Source: Candidatus Saccharimonadota bacterium (GTDB taxonomy: Bacteria; Patescibacteriota; Patescibacteriia; 2-12-FULL-60-25). Taken from it: a DNA stretch of 32,000 bases. The position numbers and the translations under genes are program-made. The notes beneath the pieces are model-generated. The model was given only the letters and a program-made list of their open reading frames with translations. It was not told the origin of the DNA and made no database searches. Below, piece by piece: positions 25,436-32,000 of this stretch. The stretch is taken from positions 390,001 to 422,000 of the forward strand of contig JALHOH010000002.1 in the NCBI GenBank assembly GCA_022843095.1. Reading direction: 5' to 3'. Within the stretch, counting starts at the first letter, position 1; each line of letters begins with the position of its first letter.

Positions 25436-25465
25436 TTGATCCGCAAGCAAATCATGCGCTATAGT
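25436..25465 (+). promoter_or_regulatory. Sigma-70-type promoter for tRNA-Trp
   Basis: TTGATC (25436-25441) is followed by an 18-bp spacer and TATAGT (25460-25465). It ends about 20 nt upstream of the mature tRNA 5' end. Confidence 0.5.
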
Positions 25466-25484
25466 GCGCACACGATCCAATCGA

Positions 25485-25558
25485 AGGGGCGTCGTATAAT
25501 GGTAGTACAACGGTCTCCAAAACCGTTAGCGTGGGTTCGATTCCCCCCGCCCCTGCCA
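25485..25558 (+). tRNA. trnW: tRNA-Trp (anticodon CCA), with genomically encoded CCA end
   Basis: I folded the cloverleaf by hand:
- acceptor stem AGGGGCG/CGCCCCT
- D arm GTAT-AATGGTA-GTAC
- anticodon arm ACGGT-CTCCAAA-ACCGT
- T arm GTGGG-TTCGATT-CCCCC, with one U-C mismatch
- discriminator G followed by CCA

The total length is 74 nt. Confidence 0.9.
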
Positions 25559-25566
25559 GGAAGAAA

Positions 25567-25594
25567 TCACGGAAGCAAAAGCCGTGGTTTTTTC
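25567..25594 (+). terminator. Possible intrinsic terminator after tRNA-Trp
   Basis: (T)CACGG-9 nt-CCGTG(G) is followed by TTTTTTCGTTTT. Confidence 0.5.
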
Positions 25595-25629
25595 GTTTTG
25601 GTTTCATATTCGCCCGAACACACCCACCA

Positions 25630-25638
25630 TGGTAGGGT
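25630..25638 (+). promoter_or_regulatory. Extended -10-like TGGTAGGGT, 6 nt upstream of the ATG at 25645 (leaderless-type)
   Basis: The plus strand reads TGgTAGGGT-attttt-ATG. Confidence 0.45.
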
Positions 25639-25644
25639 ATTTTT

Positions 25645-26094
25645 ATGAACAAGCTCTGGGTCGCCGTACTCTCACTGATGCTCTTTGGTGGCGGTTGCGT
25701 GCGCCAGCAAATTACGACATCTTCAACGATGCTTGATTTGAGCAATCGAGGCCTCACCGCCATCCCCATGGAGGTCTTTACACAAACACAACTCACCTCG
25801 CTCGATCTTTCTCAGAACCGCCTGACGCAGGCTCCCCCATCCGAAATTGGGAAACTCGAACAGCTTGTGACGCTGGATCTAAGCAACAACCAACTTACCG
25901 GCTTGCCGGCAGAACTGGGACGCCTCAAAAAGCTCCACACACTGGACGTCTCTCAGAATGCACTGACCGGCCTCCCGATGGAATTGGGACAGCTGACGCA
26001 ATTGCGTGTCCTCGACCTCACTGGAAACCCCTATTCCGAACAGGATCTACGCGCAATCGAGGCAAAACTCCCAAACACAGACATCCGAAAATAA
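25645..26094 (+). CDS. Leucine-rich repeat lipoprotein
   Basis: The signal peptide has a lipobox (MNKLWVAVLSLMLFGGG|C). It is followed by about five 23-residue LRRs (LxxLDLSxNxLTxLPxELGxLxxL), ending in LDLTGNPYS. Confidence 0.85.
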   Translation: MNKLWVAVLSLMLFGGGCVRQQITTSSTMLDLSNRGLTAIPMEVFTQTQLTSLDLSQNRLTQAPPSEIGKLEQLVTLDLSNNQLTGLPAELGRLKKLHTLDVSQNALTGLPMELGQLTQLRVLDLTGNPYSEQDLRAIEAKLPNTDIRK

Positions 26095-26155
26095 TGCTAC
26101 GCATCGTGTCATCCGCACAGAATCTCGTCGTTTACGCAGATATCCTCCACATTCT

Positions 26156-26479
26156 ATGAACCCTTTTATCGCAAAGCTTGGGGCGTTCCATGCCCTACTC
26201 ACGGCGGCGTACATCGCCTGCGTCTCCGCCCTCATGTTCTATGGGTTTCGTCTGTTTGGAACGAACACGGAAGACACGATTTTTGCCCCGATCGCGATGC
26301 TTCTGCTGTTTGTGACGTCTGCGGCGATCACGGGGTCGCTTGTCCTTGGACGCCCCATTCTTTGGTACCTCGATGGCAAGAAAAAAGAGGCCGTCCTTTT
26401 GCTCGGCGCAACGCTTGCCGCGCTCTTTTGTCTGACCGTACTCGCTTTTGCGGTGAATCTCCTGCTCTCCTATTCCTAA
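26156..26479 (+). CDS. Small membrane protein (107 aa, 3 TM helices), hypothetical
   Basis: An internal ATG at 26156 gives MNPFIAKLGAFHALLTAAYIACVSALMFYGF... with three hydrophobic helices. The ORF-track extension to 26006 overlaps the LRR gene. Confidence 0.6.
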   Translation: MNPFIAKLGAFHALLTAAYIACVSALMFYGFRLFGTNTEDTIFAPIAMLLLFVTSAAITGSLVLGRPILWYLDGKKKEAVLLLGATLAALFCLTVLAFAVNLLLSYS

Positions 26480-26774
26480 CCTCACCTTCACGGGTCGTAT
26501 TTGGCTCTATCCGGGGACGCAAGCGGCCTGGCATTTTTTAACGGTCCCGAAAGAACATTCGATGGATATTAAATCTGCCTCCTCTGGCACGAAAAAAAGA
26601 GGATGGGGATCGATTCGCGTCCAAGCCACCATCAATGCTATTTCATGGAAAACTTCCATTTTTCCAGATAAACAACGTGGTGCATACATTCTTCCCATAA
26701 AAGCTGACGTACGGAAAAAAGCCCAAATCGGACAGGGAGATGCCGTAACCTGTACGCTTGTTATTCAACACTAG
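26472..26774 (+). CDS. DUF1905-family protein; the conserved N-terminus is encoded upstream of the first ATG (probable non-canonical ATT start)
   Basis: The ORF-track version (26562..26774, 70 aa) begins mid-domain. The same frame is open from 26457 and encodes ..IPNLTFTGRIWLYPGTQAAWHFLTVPKEHS before that M. This is the conserved DUF1905 N-terminal strand pattern (F.g.iW.y.g.gaWHF.t.PKE.S). There is no ATG, GTG or TTG in that stretch. An ATT at 26472 overlaps the upstream stop (TAA 26477-26479). Confidence 0.7.
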   Translation: MPNLTFTGRIWLYPGTQAAWHFLTVPKEHSMDIKSASSGTKKRGWGSIRVQATINAISWKTSIFPDKQRGAYILPIKADVRKKAQIGQGDAVTCTLVIQH

Positions 26775-28762
26775 CCTGTAGACGTAATCCCTAAATACGC
26801 GAGATACGCCTGCTCATTTGCCGGGCGTCCCAAAAATCGCTCGATGAGCACGGATTCGTCGTCGCTCCCTCCCGCTTCCAAGATCGCGGCTCGATAGGCC
26901 TGTGCCGTTTCGGCACGCATGAGCCCTTCTTTTTTGAACCGCGTGTGCACATCAAACGCGAGCGACAACGCCCACTGATAGCCATAATACGCGGCGTCGT
27001 AGCCCATTAAATGGCCAAAGGTCGCTTCAAAACAGGTGTCTGGCACGCGCGCAAACGGACTGTATTCCGCATGCAATTCCTCGACGACCGCGGAGGGATC
27101 AAATCCCGACGGCCGCGTGTGATATTCCTGATCCAATCGCGCCAAAAACAGCTGGCGATCCGTAAACAACGCCTCGCCGAACGTCCGGGAAGCAACCAAG
27201 GGCTGAAACAACGATTCGGGCAGACGCTCACCCGTTTGATGGTGTCGCGCAAAGACATCCAATGTTTCGCGCGTCCAGGCCCATTCTTCAAACAATTGCG
27301 ATGGCACCTCCACAAAATCCCGCGCGACCCGCGTCCCCGCCTGACTGTTTAGCGCGGCGCGACTAAGCAAATCATGAAGCAAATGCCCAAATTCATGAAA
27401 AAACGTGGTGACCTGATCATGGTCCAAAAGCGCCGGCGCGACACCTGGTTTCGGAAAATTACACACGAGCGCCGCCGCCGGAACCACACGCGACCCGTCG
27501 TCCTGGGTGAAGGTATTTCTAAGCGTAAACATCGCCGCGTGCTTGAACTTCCCTTCACGCGGAAACAGATCCAAATACGCACGGCCAAGCAACTCGCCCG
27601 TTCGCGTATCCGTGAGATCAAAGGCCTCGACATCCGCGTGCCACGTAGGCACCTCCAATCGAGTACACGTGATTCCATACAAGGCGGAGGCGATATCCAT
27701 GATCCCCGCTTGCACCGCCCGAATCTCAAAATACGCAGATAATGCCTGCGAATCCAAGGCGAAACGCGACTGACGAATGCGCGTATCCAGAAAAAGCGCG
27801 TCCGCCACAGAAACACGGCCATCCGGAAGCACACACCCGACCCGAGCGGCCTCTTCGGCAAACAGCGCCGCCTCTATAGCCCGTCGTGGGGCTAGGCCCG
27901 TATGCAATCGGTCCAAAAACGCGCGTACATTCCCGGGATGTTTTGCCATTCGTGTTTCAAGCACGAACGCCGCCCACGTCGGATATCCAAGGAGTTTGGC
28001 CTTTTCTTCACGTAATCGCAGAACGCGTTCCAAGATCGCCTTGTTCGCCTCGCGCGCCCGCGTATGCGCAAGCCGATACAGCTCTCGCGCTGCCGCCCGA
28101 TCTTCTGCATACCGCAAAAAAGGGGTGTAATCCGGAGGATCTGTCGTGAGACGCACCATTCCATTCGGTTGAACCGGATGGTTTGCCACATATTCCGGCG
28201 GTAATCCTGCAAGCGAAGACGGAGGGATCTCCATCGCAAGCGTCGATTCTGCCAAGTTTTTCTCAAAGTCCTGCGCTTCTTTGGTTAACGCTTCATTCAA
28301 CACCAAAAGCCGCGCGCGTTGTTCTTGCGACAACGACAGACCGTTTCGTCGATAATCTCGCAGCACTTCTTCTACGAATTTTTGCTGTGCCGTCGAACGC
28401 GTACCCAGCACCTTCGCCGCACCCGTAAGCGTCTGCGCAACAGCTTCATCCAAATACAACGCCGAAACAAACGCATCCACGCGAGGCTCGCACGCCATCG
28501 CCGCCTCACGCACCTGCGGATCCGGGTGGACCAAGGTAAACAATCCTGGGACAGATGCCGCCTCTTGGAGCGCGACGCTGATACGATCAAACGCCCCAAA
28601 AGTCGCTTCCCACGTAAGCGCCTCTTCCTTCGCCTCGGCAAGAGACGCGATGGTCGATCGGAGACGTTCGGCTTCGGCCAATCCTTCATCACATAATCCG
28701 GTGACCCCCTGGACGGTCATCCCGCGTTCGACCGACGTTCCCGGATGTTGGTACGAAAACAT
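26771..28762 (-). CDS. M3-family zinc metallopeptidase (oligopeptidase A / thimet-like / Dcp-like)
   Basis: The 663-aa product has the HEXXH site in TTFFHEFGHLLHDLL, followed by the downstream FVEVPSQLFEEW block typical of M3A. TACGCT lies 8 nt upstream of the ATG. Confidence 0.92.
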   Translation of the reverse strand: MFSYQHPGTSVERGMTVQGVTGLCDEGLAEAERLRSTIASLAEAKEEALTWEATFGAFDRISVALQEAASVPGLFTLVHPDPQVREAAMACEPRVDAFVSALYLDEAVAQTLTGAAKVLGTRSTAQQKFVEEVLRDYRRNGLSLSQEQRARLLVLNEALTKEAQDFEKNLAESTLAMEIPPSSLAGLPPEYVANHPVQPNGMVRLTTDPPDYTPFLRYAEDRAAARELYRLAHTRAREANKAILERVLRLREEKAKLLGYPTWAAFVLETRMAKHPGNVRAFLDRLHTGLAPRRAIEAALFAEEAARVGCVLPDGRVSVADALFLDTRIRQSRFALDSQALSAYFEIRAVQAGIMDIASALYGITCTRLEVPTWHADVEAFDLTDTRTGELLGRAYLDLFPREGKFKHAAMFTLRNTFTQDDGSRVVPAAALVCNFPKPGVAPALLDHDQVTTFFHEFGHLLHDLLSRAALNSQAGTRVARDFVEVPSQLFEEWAWTRETLDVFARHHQTGERLPESLFQPLVASRTFGEALFTDRQLFLARLDQEYHTRPSGFDPSAVVEELHAEYSPFARVPDTCFEATFGHLMGYDAAYYGYQWALSLAFDVHTRFKKEGLMRAETAQAYRAAILEAGGSDDESVLIERFLGRPANEQAYLAYLGITSTG

Positions 28763-28789
28763 ATGGTGGCAGCGTAGCGAACATGCATC

Positions 28790-28824
28790 AAAACAAAAAG
28801 CCCAAACGCAGAGATGCGTTTGGG
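28790..28824 (-). terminator. Strong intrinsic terminator 34 nt upstream of the M3 peptidase ATG
   Basis: The minus strand has CCCAAACGCA-UCUC-UGCGUUUGGG, a 10-bp perfect stem (28801-28824). It is followed by CUUUUUGUUUUG. Confidence 0.75.
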
Positions 28825-29365
28825 CGCGTACGTCGTGTCAACCGACCACGACGACGCCACACATCAACAGGCTCCCCTCGAGGATCGTACAAACCGATGC
28901 AGGAGGGGCCCATTCAACCGCCATACAGGCAGTTGGCCACCGGGCGCAAAAACCAGTTCCGGGATGAGACATGGACTGACAACGTCATTCCCTTATGGAA
29001 CACATTATCCATCGCAATCCTCTCGGAAAACGGGCACCATTGCCCACCGTTACGCTCTCAAACAGACCCCGTGGAACACACGCCCAATTGCTCGGCAACC
29101 CCATGTCGCAGGAGCAACCAAGGTACATCAACGCACGAGGCCTACTACTCGTCGCGTCCCCACGCGCCGCGTCGCTAAGGAGATGGCCATCTCCTTCCTC
29201 TTCCCAAATGCCAAGAGCACGACGATCTGCCTCCTAGGTAGGACGAGATATCTCAAGGCACCGACCATCCTCTGTCGCTTGTGCGCGAAAAACCGTACGG
29301 ATGGGATTTTCTCTCCGGAAGGCCTGGAAGCCTCCTCGCGATCGCGAAAAAAGTGTAGCACTGAT
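28825..29365 (-). ncRNA. Candidate unclassified structured RNA or long 5' leader (no family assigned)
   Basis: This stretch of about 540 nt has no credible ORF on either strand. It is bounded by two minus-strand intrinsic terminators and is dense in hairpins:
- a 20-nt perfect palindrome at 29177-29196
- a 7-bp stem at 28831-28853
- an 8-bp stem at 28915-28935, which needs a G-U pair on the minus strand only
- further stems at 28874-28908, 28995-29012, 29032-29045 and 29132-29154

A possible extended -10 (TGCTACACT) lies at about 29351-29359 on the minus strand. Confidence 0.3.
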
Positions 29366-29397
29366 GCAAAAAACACAAAACCCCGGTTGCCCGGGGT
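29366..29397 (-). terminator. Intrinsic terminator ending the 16S rRNA transcription unit
   Basis: The minus strand has CCCCGG-GCAA-CCGGGG (29381-29396) followed by UUUUGUGUUUUUUG. It lies about 15 nt after the 3' half of the 16S processing stem. Confidence 0.7.
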
Positions 29398-29410
29398 CTG
29401 GATTGACCTC

Positions 29411-29438
29411 AGAATAGTGACCAGTAAAACGCGAGTCT
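29411..29438 (-). repeat. 3' half of the 16S rRNA processing stem (inverted repeat partner of 31118-31144)
   Basis: The trailer AGACUCGCGUUUUACUGGUCACUAUUCU is complementary to the leader AGAAGAGUGACCAGAAAAACCGAGUCU. About 25 bp pair, with two mismatches and one bulge. This is the classic RNase III-type helix enclosing the 16S. Confidence 0.75.
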
Positions 29439-29571
29439 GAATGTCATGACGTGATTGATGGTCCTTCGAGGAATCCACCAATTCGTTTCATCACATGTCG
29501 TCTCGCAAATGAATGCGAGAGATCGACCTAAGGTATTGATGGCACCTAAGTGCGCATCGATATTCTCCCTA

Positions 29572-31073
<1,502 letters not shown>

Positions 31074-31117
31074 AAGAACCCACGGCTTCTCCTGGTAGAG
31101 AGCCGGGATCAAGTAAT

Positions 31118-31144
31118 AGACTCGGTTTTTCTGGTCACTCTTCT
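31118..31144 (-). repeat. 5' half of the 16S rRNA processing stem
   Basis: See 29411-29438. It lies about 45 nt upstream of the mature 16S 5' end. Confidence 0.75.
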
Positions 31145-31231
31145 GTTGTCAATTTCCGTCGTTGGGGAGGTCCCGTTTCCGTTCGCCTTCTCAACGTTGT
31201 GCCCGCAGTTTAGTGGGGGACGCATTCCCTG

Positions 31232-32000
31232 TCAAGAGCGTTTCCTCACAGGTCTATCCACAGCCACCTCTCCTTCCTTCATCCATCGCGCTAGTCCGGC
31301 CCATTCTTGCAACGAAAGTGTTTCAGAACGGGCCTTTTCTGGGATCTGCAGCGCGGTGAGCACGCCTTCAGGAAGCCCGAGATTTGATCGAAGAAGTTTG
31401 CGAGGATGCGCGAATCCGCGCTTCGCCACCTCCATGATGCGATCGGGATGAATGCCAAAGGTCGCCTCGCGTTCCTTCCACGACGTCGGCACAATCCGCA
31501 GCACCGCTGACTCTACCTTTGGTGGTGGAAAAAACGCCCCGGCCGGCACACGCCGCACCATCCGCGTCTCGGCACTCCCCAGCGCCACCATGAGCGAAAG
31601 CAAACTTCCATCCCCATCCTTTGCGATCGCCCGCTCTGCCACCTCGCGCTGGATTAACACAACAACACATGCCGGAGGCAAGGGCGCCCACACCGCCTTG
31701 CGCAACGCGAGTGACGTGATGCTGTACGGAAGATTGGACACCAACTTCCACGTCCCGTCCCCGATCGCCTCATGCCAATGCAATGAGGCGGCATCGCCAT
31801 GAATCACACGCAACGTCCCGTCTGCAACCGCTGCTTTTCCCCATGCCGCGTGCGTCGTCAAATACTCCACCATGCGCCGATCTTGTTCGATAGCGATCAC
31901 CTGTGCGCCTTTGGCGAGTAATGTGCGCGTCAGCACCCCCAGTCCGGGCCCGATTTCAAGCACCCGATCACCCGGCTTCACGTCCGCCGCCTCCACGATC
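31232..32000 (-). CDS. rsmA: 16S rRNA (adenine1518/1519-N6)-dimethyltransferase RsmA/KsgA, partial (N-terminus beyond window end)
   Basis: The frame is open to the window edge. The product has SAM motif I VLEIGPGLGVLTRTL and the catalytic SNLPYSITS block, followed by a C-terminal helical domain. The stop TGA is at 31232-31234. Confidence 0.9.
   Translation of the reverse strand, partial: IVEAADVKPGDRVLEIGPGLGVLTRTLLAKGAQVIAIEQDRRMVEYLTTHAAWGKAAVADGTLRVIHGDAASLHWHEAIGDGTWKLVSNLPYSITSLALRKAVWAPLPPACVVVLIQREVAERAIAKDGDGSLLSLMVALGSAETRMVRRVPAGAFFPPPKVESAVLRIVPTSWKEREATFGIHPDRIMEVAKRGFAHPRKLLRSNLGLPEGVLTALQIPEKARSETLSLQEWAGLARWMKEGEVAVDRPVRKRS

Noticed and set aside
25391-25510. A 40-aa N-terminal extension of the cdd ORF.
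   Set aside because: It would overlap the tRNA-Trp gene and its promoter. The conserved deaminase N-terminus and a GGAGG SD fit the ATG at 25390.
28825-29365. Identification of the non-coding unit as RNase P RNA, tmRNA, SRP RNA, 5S rRNA or a 23S 5' end.
   Set aside because: None of the expected signatures is present on either strand:
- the universal GAGGAAAGUCC / ACAGAA..GGCUUA blocks
- a tRNA-like GGUUCGAnUCC...CCACCA 3' end
- the GGAAGCAGCC SRP motif
- 5S helix signatures
- the 23S 5' consensus

Only a weak AGUCCAUG resemblance was seen, so the region is left unclassified.
28783-29481. ORFs of 208 aa, 131 aa and 80 aa (plus strand) and 117 aa (minus strand) in the 16S-peptidase intergenic region.
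   Set aside because: The translations are Arg/Thr/Pro-rich with no motifs. The ORFs run through two terminator hairpins and have no start context. The region is treated as non-coding.
31147-31152. TTGACA as the -35 of a 16S promoter.
   Set aside because: No -10-like hexamer follows at 16-18 nt (AAAACC/GAAAAA). A start there would exclude half of the leader-trailer processing helix from the transcript.
31146-31802. Plus-strand ORFs (101, 65 and 116 aa) and out-of-frame minus-strand ORFs over the ksgA gene and 16S leader.
   Set aside because: These are shadow or out-of-frame ORFs of the well-supported rsmA/ksgA gene.

Overview
This is a gene-dense, GC-rich bacterial chromosomal fragment with about 37 protein-coding genes, one tRNA-Trp(CCA) and one 16S rRNA. 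It uses the standard genetic code: TGA, TAA and TAG all end well-supported genes. All calls were made by eye from the sequence and the ORF track; no database search was run.

The housekeeping backbone consists of:
- a SAM methyltransferase (partial)
- secA, a short hpf, murB, murC and glyA
- a PlsC-type acyltransferase and a DEAD-box helicase
- an ECF sigma factor with a putative anti-sigma protein
- nagZ, engB, cdd, an M3 oligopeptidase and ksgA/rsmA (partial)

The accessory or lineage-specific content consists of:
- an island of five hypothetical genes (8371-11441)
- a row of envelope and surface genes (15781-20305) led by a 660-aa type IV pilin-like protein carrying two lectin-like repeats
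- a MerR/TipA-type regulator next to a flavodoxin-like/DoxX/pirin operon and an SRPBCC gene
- a small LRR lipoprotein
- a DUF1905 gene with no canonical start codon

I recognised no CRISPR array, transposase, integrase, phage gene or known defence system.

The most notable observations are:
1. The ornate pilin-adhesin.
2. A hairpin-rich, ORF-free unit of about 550 nt, bounded by two minus-strand intrinsic terminators, between the 16S gene and the M3 peptidase. It is a candidate unclassified structured RNA or long leader.
3. A stand-alone 16S rRNA with its own processing stem and terminator, and no 23S or spacer tRNAs. It has substitutions inside the 515F, 907R and 1492R universal primer sites. 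That pattern is compatible with a poorly sampled CPR/Patescibacteria-like lineage, but this is unverified.
4. A recurrent TAnnnT element (often TGn-extended) 6 to 8 nt upstream of start codons, which suggests widespread leaderless transcription of operon-first genes.
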